The position numbers were made by a program, and so were the translations under genes. A DNA stretch of 63,504 nucleotides, the filler included, from Octopus bimaculoides (lineage: Eukaryota), in assembly GCF_001194135.2 (NCBI RefSeq). It is 4 parts of 3 records of this genome, joined end to end, with 100 filler letters (N's around TTAATTAATTAA, not from the genome) between each part and the next. Parts side by side here need not be neighbours in the genome. Positions count along the whole stretch, not along the records: positions 1 to 31,054 come from NC_069004.1; positions 31,155 to 46,504 come from NW_026430170.1; 2 more parts are not named here. One strand, 5' to 3'. Positions within the stretch are counted from its first letter, which is position 1. Every line of letters begins with the position of its first letter. Under the pieces are notes generated by a model. The model searched no databases. It had not been told where the DNA came from and worked only from the letters and a program-made list of their open reading frames with translations. Below, piece by piece: positions 24,310 through 36,900 of the stretch.

Positions 24310-25714
24310 AAACACACACTCATATATATCTATAAATGTGTATATAAATGTATGTAATATGCAAGTGTATATATGTATATATATATACACGCACAAGCAC
24401 ACACACACATATACACATATATATGGATGTGTGTATATATACATATATATATTTATATGCATATGTACATATACATATATGTATGTGTGTTTGTGCATGT
24501 ATGTGTGTGCATACGTATACATACAGGCATATATACATACGTATATATACATATACATATATATAATCGTTTATATCTATATCTATCTACCTATATATAT
24601 ATATGTCTATATATCTATCTATATATATATATATATATATATATNNNNNNNNNNNNNNNNNNNNNNNNNNNNNNNNNNNNNNNNNNNNNNNNNNNNNNNN
24701 NNNNNNNNNNNNNNNNNNNNNNNNNNNNNNNNNNNNNNNNNNNNNNNNNNNNNNNNNNNNNNNNNNNNNNNNNNNNNNNNNNNNNNNNNNNNNNNNNNNN
24801 NNNNNNNNNNNNNNNNNNNNNNNNNNNNNNNNNNNNNNNNNNNNNNNNNNNNNNNNNNNNNNNNNNNNNNNNNNNNNNNNNNNNNNNNNNNNNNNNNNNN
24901 NNNNNNNNNNNNNNNNNNNNNNNNNNNNNNNNNNNNNNNNNNNNNNNNNNNNNNNNNNNNNNNNNNNNNNNNNNNNNNNNNNNNNNNNNNNNNNNNNNNN
25001 NNNNNNNNNNNNNNNNNNNNNNNNNNNNNNNNNNNNNNNNNNNNNNNNNNNNNNNNNNNNNNNNNNNNNNNNNNNNNNNNNNNNNNNNNNNNNNNNNNNN
25101 NNNNNNNNNNNNNNNNNNNNNNNNNNNNNNNNNNNNNNNNNNNNNNNNNNNNNNNNNNNNNNNNNNNNNNNNNNNNNNNNNNNNNNNNNNNNNNNNNNNN
25201 NNNNNNNNNNNNNNNNNNNNNNNNNNNNNNNNNNNNNNNNNNNNNNNNNNNNNNNNNNNNNNNNNNNNNNNNNNNNNNNNNNNNNNNNNNNNNNNNNNNN
25301 NNNNNNNNNNNNNNNNNNNNNNNNNNNNNNNNNNNNNNNNNNNNNNNNNNNNNNNNNNNNNNNNNNNNNNNNNNNNNNNNNNNNNNNNNNNNNNNNNNNN
25401 NNNNNNNNNNNNNNNNNNNNNNNNNNNNNNNNNNNNNNNNNNNNNNNNNNNNNNNNNNNNNNNNNNNNNNNNNNNNNNNNNNNNNNNNNNNNNNNNNNNN
25501 NNNNNNNNNNNNNNNNNNNNNNNNNNNNNNNNNNNNNNNNNNNNNNNNNNNNNNNNNNNNNNNNNNNNNNNNNNNNNNNNNNNNNNNNNNNNNNNNNNNN
25601 NTGTGTGTGTGTATATACACACACACATACTTACACACATATATATGTACACGTACACATACTTATATATTTATACATACACATGCTTACATTTATTATA
25701 TTCATATACAGATA

Positions 25715-26040
25715 CTCAGTGGTTAGAGCATCGAGCTTACGATCGTGAGGTTGTGAGTTCGAATCCCGGACCGGGCTGCGTGTTGTGTTCTTGAGCAAGA
25801 CACTTAATTTCACGTTGCCCCATTTCACTCAGCTGTAGAAATGAGTTGCGACGTCACAGGTACCAAGTTGTATCGGCCTCTTTGCCTATCCCTTGGATAA
25901 CACTGGTGGCATGGAGAGGGCAGGCCGGTATGCATGGGCGACTGCTGGTCTTCCATAAACAACCTTGCCTAGACTTGTACCTTGGAGGGTAACCTTCTAG
26001 GTGTAATCCCATGGTCAGTCATGACCGAAGGGGGTCTCAG
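25715..26040 (+). mobile_element. tRNA-derived SINE family C
   Basis: A box TCAGTGGTTAGAGC, B box GAGTTCGAATCC, then GTGTTGTGTTCTTGAGCAAGACACTT...CAGCTGTAGAAATGAGT. A diverged relative lies at about 62760-63020 (-). Confidence 0.8.
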
Positions 26041-26091
26041 ATATAAATTTCATATATATGTTTGCATGTATATACGTGTGCGCATGCGTGC

Positions 26092-26188
<97 letters not shown>

Positions 26189-26252
26189 TGCGTGCAGTGT
26201 GAACGTGCATGTATATATACATACATTTACATACCTACATAGATACCTACTA

Positions 26253-26345
26253 CAGTAATTCCTCTACTATCGCGGATGTTACGTTCCAAAATGCCACCTC
26301 GCAATAGGTGAAAATCCACGATGTAGAATCAGTACTGTACTGTAT
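26253..26345 (+). mobile_element. Tigger/pogo-like DNA transposon end
   Basis: TA followed by CAGTAATTCCTCTACTATCGCGG, resembling a Tigger-type TIR. Confidence 0.55.
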
Positions 26346-26394
26346 ATTCTTTTTATAATTTGTGGAGTGGCTGTGTGGTAAGTAGCTTTTCTTT

Positions 26395-27061
26395 TTACGT
26401 TTTTGTTTCTTCACTAAATTTCCTTTGAGAACAATTCGGTCTTAGTAGACACATTACATGTGATCTTCTAGCACATTAGCACTCCACCTAGTGGTCTCCT
26501 TTTTATATATATTTATATATACATATACAATAATCCTTTGAGATCTCAGATATTTTTTCTGAATTTCCTTGATTCTTTTAATGTGCTTGTTCCCTGGTAT
26601 TAAATTGATATTAATTAATATCCAATTTTTTACCCTATTGTTTTAATTTAATTAACACATAACCAAATTCTCATAGTTAGTATATTCGATGCGGAAACCT
26701 TTTTCTGCGGTGATACTTCCGGATTTAGCGCGCAAAAACGAAGACTTTCGAATCTTACCATAAGTATAATTTAATAGAACCGTGTACACGTGCTCCACTC
26801 GTGGGGCACAACGAGTATGCGATTCTGTAAATTGCATGTATTCAACGGTCTGTACTGATGAGAAACATATTTTCGGTAAGAAAATAATAATTTCGAAACT
26901 AGTTTACAGATAATTGTATTTCTTTGTGTAATTTTCACTTGTCTTGCCCGATTACGTTTTTGTTTCTTCGCTAAATTTTCTTTGAGAACAATTCGGTCTT
27001 AGTAGACACATTACATGTGATCTTCTTCTAGCACATTAGCAGTCCACCTAGTGGTCTCCTT
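26395..27061 (+). repeat. About 108-bp direct repeat pair (26395-26501 and 26952-27061)
   Basis: TTACGTTTTTGTTTCTTC...GAGAACAATTCGGTCTTAGTAGACACATTACATGTGATC...CACCTAGTGGTCTCCT occurs twice with a few substitutions. Confidence 0.9.
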
Positions 27062-27799
27062 ATATATATNNNNNNNNNNNNNNNNNNNNNNNNNNNNNNN
27101 NNNNNNNNNNNNNNNNNNNNNNNNNNNNNNNNNNNNNNNNNNNNNNNNNNNNNNNNNNNNNNNNNNNNNNNNNNNNNNNNNNNNNNNNNNNNNNNNNNNN
27201 NNNNNNNNNNNNNNNNNNNNNNNNNNNNNNNNNNNNNNNNNNNNNNNNNNNNNNNNNNNNNNNNNNNNNNNNNNNNNNNNNNNTATATTTTATATATAAA
27301 AAATACAAAAATGGAAGAAGAAAGCAAAACATCCAGACAACTAGGTGAAACAATAAAGGGTCAATAAAACATCCAGACAGACGATACAAGGAAAACAAGG
27401 ACGGATCATACGAAGTTTTATATCGTCAGTCGAGTTCCAGATTATCTTTGCAATTTCGGCTGGTTATACTCGAGATTGCCCCAATCTCGCCAGCCCCAAG
27501 AAAAAAATAAGGTAAGAGCATTAGATTCCTTGGAAGAAAGCAATGAATGTATACGAAAACAAGGACGGAAAAAATGTTACAAGTGCAATTAACAGGACAT
27601 GACAACAGATCTCTTTCGACTAAGGACGAATTAATTAAGGTGGCGTGTGTGGAAGTAAAGTCTTACGGCAGGGACATTAACAGGCACAAGGGGGAATATC
27701 GATGTTGCACGGATGGTAATCGAACCAAGAAAGAAAGGCCGGGCCTGGCCGAACACCGATCATGTGGGGAGAGAAGATATATATATATATATATATATA

Positions 27800-28224
27800 T
27801 AAAGTAAAGGCTGTTTGCCAACATAATGTGGCTGTCCTGGAAGGGACAATGTTACTGTTGTTTAGCCCCAGGGAACATAGTTTTTAGCTGGCTATAGGAC
27901 ACAATATCTGTGTCCTTATATATTCGAACAGGGAGTTCAGCACTCCCATCAAGCACAAAACATTTTCGGATTGGTTCCTGGGTTATTGCCCTTTATCAGC
28001 ACAGAGGAGCTGCTTGGCTAGGTGACGTTGATAAAGAGCAATAACCCAGAAACCGGTTCACAGATCTTGTTTTACGCTAGATTGGTGTGCTGAACTACCT
28101 GTTCGAAAATATAAGGACACAGTGTCGTATATCCAGTTGAAACGTTGTTTCCTGGGGTTAAACAACAGTAACAATTATCCCTTCCAAGACAGCCATATTA
28201 AGTTGGCAAATAGCTTTTACTTTA
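27800..28224. mobile_element. Foldback / MITE-like element with about 190-bp inverted arms
   Basis: Left arm TAAAGTAAAGGCTGTTTGCCAACATAATGTGGCTGTCCTGGAAGGG... matches the reverse complement of the right arm ...CCCTTCCAAGACAGCCATATTAAGTTGGCAAATAGCTTTTACTTTA. Pairing continues inward to CTTTATCA / TGATAAAG. Confidence 0.85.
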
Positions 28225-28714
28225 AGGAATTATTATTGAATATCTCTCTGTGAGAAATTTGAAAATAATATTTCTATTTNNNNNNNNNNTATATATATAT
28301 ATATATATATGTATATGGATGTGTGTGTGTGTGTGTCTGTTTCTGTGTCTGTATAACAATACACAGACTCCTCCACATATATATATATATATATGTACAC
28401 ACACGCATACATACATGCACACACATATATACACAAATATATATTTAAACACAGAAAGCGAGAGAGAAACAGAACAGAAATGGCGTTTAAACACCATTGC
28501 ATTCTCTTTTTATGCCTACGCCAAACGTGGAAGCAACCCAGATTTGGATCTACAATTGAAACTGGATTTGGTACGTACATATCTTCAGTATCCTACCGAC
28601 ACGTGATATATTCGTTGTTGTTTACCTGACTGTGAACTCATGTTATTGTGCCTAGCCATTTCTGGTGTCCTACTTGTTCATATGCCAAGCTTCTACTGCT
28701 TTATGAATATATAT

Positions 28715-28935
28715 TCTTTTACTCCTTTACTTATTTCCGTCATTTGACTGCGGCCGTGATGGAGCACAACCTTGAAAGGTTTTAGTCGAACAAGTCAACG
28801 CCATGACTTACTTTCTAAAGTCTAGTAATTATTATATCTGTCTTTTGCTGAACCGCTAGGTTATGGGCACGTAAATATACCAAAATCTGTTGTCAAGCGG
28901 TGACGAGGGACAAGCACAAACACAATGACACACAG
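28715..28935 (-). mobile_element. SINE family A, 3' half
   Basis: Reverse complement of the family A tail. Confidence 0.8.
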
Positions 28936-29878
28936 ACACATAGATATATACATACACTCACACTTATACATATTTATATATATTGACACCCAAGCACTCT
29001 GAAGTGTGTGTATTGGAGGTTCCGGCGCGAATGCCAGGCAGTACAGTATGTCGTTTCCAAATTTATGGCAGAGTGAATGGTGTCATGGTGCCGTTTTCCT
29101 CACAAACGGTTCGCAAGTGACCCTCTTACACTATGCAGTCGACAAAATCAAAAACAAACAATGCACATAGAGGAAATAAAAAATTTAAAATGACGACAAT
29201 TTATCCATCGCACCCTGTATGTATGTATGCATGTATATATANNNNNNNNNNNNNNNNNNNNNNNNNNNNNNNNNNNNNNNNNNNNNNNNNNNNNNNNNNN
29301 NNNNNNNNNNNNNNNNNNNNNNNNNNNNNNNNNNNNNNNNNNNNNNNNNNNNNNNNNNNNNNNNNNNNNNNNNNNNNNNNNNNNNNNNNNNNNNNNNNNN
29401 NNNNNNNNNNNNNNNNNNNNNNNNNNNNNNNNNNNNNNNNNNNNNNNNNNNNNNNNNNNNNNNNNNNNNNNNNNNNNNNNNNNNNNNNNNNNNNNNNNNN
29501 NNNNNNNNNNNNNNNNNNNNNNNNNNNNNNNNNNNNNNNNNNNNNNNNNNNNNNNNNNNNNNNNNNNNNNNNNNNNNNNNNNNNNNNNNNNNNNNNNNNN
29601 NNNNNNNNNNNNNNNNNNNNNNNNNNNNNNNNNNNNNNNNNNNNNNNNNNNNNNNNNNNNNNNNNNNNNNNNNNNNNNNNNNNNNNNNNNNNNNNNNNNN
29701 NNNNNNNNNNNNNNNNNNNNNNNNNNNNNNNNNNNNNNNNNNNNNNNNNNNNNNNNNNNNNNNNNNNNNNNNNNNNNNNNNNNNNNNNNNNNNNNNNNNN
29801 NNNNNNNNNNNNNNNNNNNNNNNNNNNNNNNNNNNNNNNNNNNNNNNNNNNNNNNNNNNNNNNNNNNNNNNNNNNNNN

Positions 29879-29920
<42 letters not shown>

Positions 29921-30394
29921 GCACACACACAGACACACACACACACATATATATATATATAAAACTGTTTGGATACTATCACGTGACAAAAGTTCCATCA
30001 CAACAACCTCTTTATTCTTCTTTCTTTGATCTACCAACTGTCGTCAGTAACGAAGAGGTGAGTGCTGTCACACCCTATTACTTGAGCATACGAAGAAGAA
30101 AATAAAATGATTTCAGTAGAGTAATTCGTACTTTACTTATCGACCTCGAAGGGAAACACGTTGAAGTCGACCTTGGCAGGATGGGAACCATGTTTGCCAA
30201 GAACCGAATGGAATATTACAAGTCGCTTTCTCAGACGATTTAACGACGTTGTCAGAATGATTGCTGTGTTTTTAATATATATCCAGATTTATAACATTCA
30301 GTTTTATGTAAACTAAAATATATATATGTATATATATTCTGAGCGCGCGCGCACGTATACGTGTCTGTATATGTGCGTATCTGTGAGTGCCTCT

Positions 30395-30425
<31 letters not shown>

Positions 30426-31013
30426 AGGGTGTGTCTATATCTCTATGTATATATGTATTTATTTCTAGGTAATCTTCGTATTTGTCAGTAGTTGTTCGAA
30501 TGTTCATTTACGCAGATGTTTGTTGGCAAATCTATAATGGTAGACATCTTTGCTAGTTTGGATACAAAATATATATACACAGACAAAAATAAACACACAC
30601 ACACACATATGTGTGTATGTGTTATTATTCGGAATATACGTATATATATATGTAATTATATATATACACACACACTATGCATATAATGTATATTTAATAT
30701 ATATACTTGTATGCATACACACACGAACACACACACATACACATACACACATACATTTATACAAACATATAAACACACGTATATATATATATATATATAT
30801 ATATATACGCATATATGTCTGCATATCTTTGGTTTCGAGAGAATATATCTTTACACACATACACACATACATACTTACACACAGACAAACACACACACAT
30901 GAATATATGTATGTATATTTATGTATACATATATACATATATATATACAAACATGTATGCCTTTAAACACAAGCGCGCTAATATACACGCATACATCCAC
31001 ACACGTGTATATC

Positions 31014-31051
<38 letters not shown>

Positions 31052-31054
31052 TAT

Positions 31055-31154
31055 NNNNNNNNNNNNNNNNNNNNNNNNNNNNNNNNNNNNNNNNNNNNTT
31101 AATTAATTAANNNNNNNNNNNNNNNNNNNNNNNNNNNNNNNNNNNNNNNNNNNN
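31055..31154. other. Artificial assembly linker (44 N + TTAATTAATTAA + 44 N)
   Basis: Exactly 100 bp. The 12-mer gives stop codons in all six frames. An identical structure recurs twice more. Confidence 0.95.
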
Positions 31155-31632
31155 ACAGAGAGTACATGATATATACACCCTGAGTATGTATGTGTGTGTA
31201 TTTTTGTGTGGACATGTGTCTATGTTTGTATGGAAGTGTACCTGGATGTGTGTGAATGTGTGTGTGTGTGTGTGTGTGTGTGTATCAGTGTGTATACATG
31301 TGTCTTTCGATATATGTGTGTATAGCTGGTTTTTTTTGTGTGTATTTGTATGTCTATGCATATGTATGTATAACAAAATGTTTATGAATGTGTGTATGTT
31401 ATAGTACATGTCTGAGATTGTGGGTGTTGGCAGATGGATATATGCATGTGCCTTTGTGTGAATGTGTGAGTGTAAAAGAGTGCATATCTATGTGTATGTG
31501 TGTGTGAGAGAGTCTGTAACATGAAATGGTCACATATTGATGAGGCAATGTACCGTGATTATTACGATATGAAGTGGGAGAACTTTCAGACATTTATCAA
31601 GCACAAAGCCGAAATATATCCACAGTGATAGG

Positions 31633-32070
31633 CGCAGGTGTGGCTGTGTGGTAAGTAGCTTGCNNNNNNNNNNNNNNNNNNNNNNNNNNNNNNNNNNNNN
31701 NNNNNNNNNNNNNNNNNNNNNNNNNNNNNNNNNNNNNNNNNNNNNNNNNNNNNNNNNNNNNNNNNNNNNNNNNNNNNNNNNNNNNNNNNNNNNNNNNNNN
31801 NNNNNNNNNNNNNNNNNNNNNNNNNNNNNNNNNNNNNNNNNNNNNNNNNNNNNNNNNNNNNNNNNNNNNNNNNNNNNNNNNNNNNNNNNNNNNNNNNNNN
31901 NNNNNNNNNNNNNNNNNNNNNNNNNNNNNNNNNNNNNNNNNNNNNNNNNNNNNNNNNNNNNNNNNNNNNNNNNNNNNNNNNNNNNNNNNNNNNNNNNNNN
32001 NNNNNNNNNNNNNNNNNNNNNTAAAAGGCGGTGCTCCAGCATGGCCACAGTCAAATGACTGAAACAAGTA
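31633..32070 (+). mobile_element. SINE family A spanning a gap
   Basis: Head GTGTGGCTGTGTGGTAAGTAGCTTGC before the gap and tail AGGCGGTGCTCCAGCATGGCCACAGTCAAATGACTGAAACAAGTAAA after it. Confidence 0.85.
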
Positions 32071-33179
32071 AATGTTTTTTTAGGGGGAATCGCATGACCG
32101 TGATATGGAGAACACATTATCGAAAGCGAAAATCGCCAAAATTAAAAACTAAAAAAGTTTCAGCCATTTTCCCTCAGTGTCTAATCCCAATCTGCACCGA
32201 AGAGAGACAACATGGACGTGTGTGTGTGTGTGTGTGAGTGTGTTCATGTGTGAGTGTGTGTGTGTGTTCATGTGTGTGTGTGTGCGTGTGTATGTGTGTT
32301 CATGTGTGCGTGTATGTGTGTTCATGTGTGTGTGTGCGTGTATGTGTGTGCGTGTATGTATGTGTGTGTGTGCTTGCGCGTGTGTGTGTGTTGACGATAA
32401 GTTGATTTATAGAAAAGATTAAATGTTTGAAATACAAATCTGTGAATGAAAAATAAAAATTCAGACATATACATGATAGACAGACCTGGTAGAAATAGCA
32501 GCCAAATCTCCCTCAAAACACACCCTACTCTATTAATGCGAGAATTCTGTGTTAATACGTTAAGAATTGCTTTGACAGAAAATGAACCTGGAAGAAAATA
32601 GGGAAGTAATTGTTTTTCTGTGCTTATATAAATTTGAGACGTACCTGTTGAAGATTAAAATGCGAAAGCTGTTATTTTCCACGCATGAATAACCAGAGAG
32701 AAAGTGAAAAACTGTGTTTTTGGCGGGATTTTTGTATTCAACAGGATTTTGTCGTCTGCCAAAATGAACGACAGACGAAAGAAGACAAAATGGCGACGTT
32801 TATTTCTTTTGAAGTTGTGGTGGGAGGAGACAATGGATGTGTGTGTGTGACTGTGTCCGTGTGTGTGTGTGTGCTTGTGTATCTGTGACTGTGTCCGTGT
32901 GTATGTGTGCGTGTGCTTGTGTCCATGTGTATGTGTGCTTCTCTATTGTGCTTAATAAGTTACATATACTTTACCATAGTGTTCGTGATTAAGCTATTTT
33001 ATTCCTTTTTCGATGGTGTTCTGCCCTGCCTGATTATTTTATTTCTTTATTATTTTATAATAGCTTTTATTTATTTATAAAATAAATCTAATTTTTGTAC
33101 CTCTATAAATTCATACTTAGCTTTTATATAACAATACTGGTATATTCAATACTTTAAATAAACTGCTTAGATTATAATT

Positions 33180-35680
33180 TTGTTGCATTCAGCTCTGTCT
33201 TGAGAGTTGCTTTCTTGACTTCCTTTCCATCTCCTTCAGCCCCTTTTTTTGTCCACTTCAGGATTCCCACTCCATACCGAACCACTGCGAATGCACGCAA
33301 ATTTATTGCTGAAATTATGCTTTTGGCATCCAGCTTTGAAGCCAATATTTTTCTCACTCCCCGCAGGTACTCTCTTTTTGTCTTTTTCTTCATGTTGTGG
33401 TGTTTGATTCCATCTGCCTCGAGTGTTCCCAGGTATTCATAGCTGGACTAAGGCTGAATTGCTTTCATCATTTCACCACTTGGCAACCATGCCTTCTGTC
33501 CTGGCAAGCTTTCCTCGTCTCATCCCCCATCGTAGCACATTTTGAGAGACCAAACTCCATCTTAACATCATTGGAAAAAATCCACACAGACTGGCTGAGG
33601 CTGTCCAGTTTTTGTGAATGGCTTCAGGTCGTCCATGAATAACAAGTGGTTCAGTTTTCTCTTATCTTCCAAGATCCAACTTTGTTTTCTGTAATATTTC
33701 ACTCAAGTGGATCATTCACAGTATATCAGTGGGGAAACACGGTTCCCCTGAAAGATTCCTCTCTTAATACTTGCTTCACTGCTGTCAATTCCGTTCTCCA
33801 ATATTTCATGTTATTCCATATAAGGCTTCTCATATTCTCTGCTTCTCCATACATTTCCACTGTTCTTGAGTGTGGTATTGTATCCTATGTTTTGCCACAA
33901 TCAACCCATGCCATGCTCAGTCTTGTATGTCTTCTCTTGTAATTCCTGATCCACCATTCCCTGGCTCCTTTTCTCTTCAATGGGTAGCAGCCCACATTTC
34001 TTCCAAGTGTTTGTACAGTTCAACGGCCAAAGCACCTGACATTAGTTTCCACATTAGCAGAAGGCACGTTATTGGTCTCAGGTTGGAATCTAGATTTCCC
34101 TTTTCAGGATCCTTGGCACTTAACAATACTTTTCCCTTTGTCATCCAGCTGGGTACTGTGCCTTCCTACAAGCACTCATCTAGCTGTTGCACTATCCTTT
34201 CATGGAGCCCTCTCAGCTTCTTAAACCAGCAAACTTGGACTCCATCCAGTCTTGGACTCTTCCAATCTGGAAATTTTCTTAACTGCTTTTTTTTATCATT
34301 TCTGTTGTTGTCTTAATGTCTTCTTGGACTTGTATATTTCTTAACCTATCTCGGAATTCTGGCAGCCACTCTGCTTCATCATTATGCTCCCCGAGCTGGT
34401 CCCAGGTCCCTCTCCAGAATGCCTTGCTTTCCTCTGCAACTGGTATCATTTTTACATGTATTTGCCCATCTCGTTTCCGAACCACTTTCTTCTGATTTGC
34501 TTCAACAGTCTTCCTTTTATTGTTATACCTCAATAGTTGTTGCTTTGATTGTTACTATTCTTTCTTTCAATTCTTCCAATATCACATCATAACTTTTATC
34601 TCTTATTCTAAACGTTCTTTCCAGCATTACTCTTATTCCTTTGTTCTGCACTTCTCCTAAATGTCTTTCTGACTTTGTTTCTCACAAATTTCTCTACGCC
34701 ACTATGGTTCTTTGCTTTCTGGTTGTTTCCAATTCTATCTGCAACTCAAATAATCTTGTTAGTTTCAGTTATATTTCTCATTTGAAATAGACAAAAAAAC
34801 CAAGTCAATCTGTCCATTTTAAGCTTTGAGCTTGCGTCAATCAATGTACCTCAGATTGGTGGGGTGTTTCATCCTCGTCATCCCAAATATATCAGTACAG
34901 CATCCTCACTATGTCTTGTTGGTCATTATTGTATTCTTGTGATATAGCTCTTCCTATGACTTCTGCTTCGTTTCCTGAGAATCTGTTTACATTTACACTT
35001 TGCTCTATGTCTTCATTGTTGCCTTTCATTTTTGTTCTCACTGGACACGCCATCTGTTGCTGAAATATTATTTCTATCTTCTTCGTTCGTTTTCGTCTCC
35101 TCAATTTCTATGTCTGTTCACCACCATTTTCCTCTTGCCTGGTCAGCTAAACTGCTGCTCACTTTTTCAAAGAGTCTCATCTCAATCCATTTCGCTTTCA
35201 TTCGTAGTCGGAATCCCTTTTTGCTGTGTTCACCCCTCATCCAGCATTTAATTACCATTCAGTCTGCCTCTGGTTTTCTGTATGACTGAACCTGTCCTAC
35301 TCAACCACGGGGCCCCTGCCGGCCAAAAGAAGGCTTTCATCCTTTGGTTCCAGCCTCATTAACACCATTTGTGGTTTGTGCTTTAAGGTTAACCACCAAC
35401 CGGTATTCTGATCGAAATACCATTTCTAGTAAGAGTGTCAACAAAGACTGCAGAGCTCTTACTGGGGCCTGTTCCCTTCACATTTTTGTGTATAGGGTAC
35501 CATGATCGTGATTCTCACTAAGAGACAGGTGTCATTGGTCCCATATCTTCCTCTGGAGTTTCATTCGCTTTCCCAGTTATGGACCCGTTGGACACCAAGA
35601 GGTTCTCATCACTGTCGCTAAGGAGTCCTATCTACGCTAGTCTTCCTTCTCCTAAGAAAGACTACCAACCACAACAGTTC
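33180..35680 (-). mobile_element. Degenerate R4/Dong-like LINE, 5' half including reverse transcriptase
   Basis: On the minus strand: ESKAFWRGTW...HNDEAEWL, RGIFQGNRVSPLIY, LNHLLFMDDLK (catalytic), DVKMEFGLSKCA, SYEYLG and EYLRGVRKILASKL...AIN...VVRYG, with frameshifts and stops. Confidence 0.9.
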
Positions 35681-35714
35681 GAGTGATTAATATTCTTGAT
35701 GGCATATTAAATTT

Positions 35715-35753
<39 letters not shown>

Positions 35754-36254
35754 GGTAATCTAAATATAACTTAAGATATAATTTTCGTTATGTCTCAAAC
35801 AGCACTTGCCACAAAGCCCAAAGGCTTGCATTCCACCTCACCAGCGAATACAATCTCTGTCCGTTCCTCAGTCCTACTCTATTTGTTGTTTTAATTCCCT
35901 TCAACAAGTATGACTCGTATAAAAACCCAATACATCGTGTCTCAGATAAACTTAAGGGGCCAAAATTGTAAGCCAAGGAAAATTTTGTAACCAGGAGAAA
36001 CAATTGGTTGTTCTTTCGTCCATTTTTTTTTCAATTCATTAAATTGGAAGTATTATATTATATTTACTATTAAGGATTTCTTTGCAAAGACTCAGAAGAT
36101 TATGTCCAAACCACATAGTTGCAGGTTCAACTCCATTACGTGACACTATGACCAAGTGTCTTCTACAATAGAGTCCGGCCAACCAAAGTCCTGTGGGTGG
36201 ATTTTGGAGATAAACATGTATCCATATAAGGACATAATCACAAATATATATACA

Positions 36255-36900
36255 CTAGCAGTAAAGCCCGGCACTGCCCGGGATTAAGCTAGGATTATTA
36301 CGTGATCAAGTGCTTTCTTTCAAACCAAAATAAGTAACATCGACATCAGATTTGAGCAAAATTCGTTGAAATTGGTTTGGCTGAAAATGGTTTGCTGGCA
36401 ATTTGATTGGGAAATCCCATAAGGAATCACTTTATTGGTTATTTCCTCTCATTGACTGTTTTTTTGTTTTTTTAAATTGCATTAGAGACCTGCATAGGAG
36501 AAGGTTGATCTGAAGGTTTGCATTGGGGATCTGGATTGGAATAACTTAGGAAAACTTACCAACAGCCTTAACCCCAAAATTAAGAATGTGGATCATGAGG
36601 AGAGTGTCTGTCATTGCAGTGGTTGTAGGGGTAAACGGAAGCACTAACGACCAAATAGAATGCCTTTACTTCCATTCTTGAATTTCAGAATTAGCCAGGC
36701 AAAGAAATCGATGAAATTCAAAAGAAATCTGTGAAAACTATTACTGTACAAGTATTTCTGGTGGCTGACAGAAGTGCAACACCTGTCCTCATTGCAGCGT
36801 GTTAAGGTGAGAATGCATTGATGATGACAACATTAATTGAAACATCCCTGAAACCTATCGTTGCAGTGTTTACGGCCTCACATGTTACACTGAATCAACA
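36255..36900 (-). mobile_element. Helitron-like 3' terminus with unresolved body
   Basis: The minus strand ends in hairpin CCCGG-GCAGTG-CCGGG, an 8-nt spacer and CTAG followed by T. The extent of the body is a guess. Confidence 0.5.

Noticed and set aside
25715-25790. tRNA gene
   Set aside because: A and B boxes are present but there is no complete cloverleaf, and it runs into a SINE body.
26855-26900. Hammerhead candidate CTGATGA-GAAA-catat-TTTC
   Set aside because: It is not followed by GAAA, and stems I and III are missing.
27400-27505. Minus-strand GAAA...CTGACGA with an adjacent strong hairpin in an interspersed repeat
   Set aside because: I could not build stems I and III around the core. 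The family consensus would be needed to judge.
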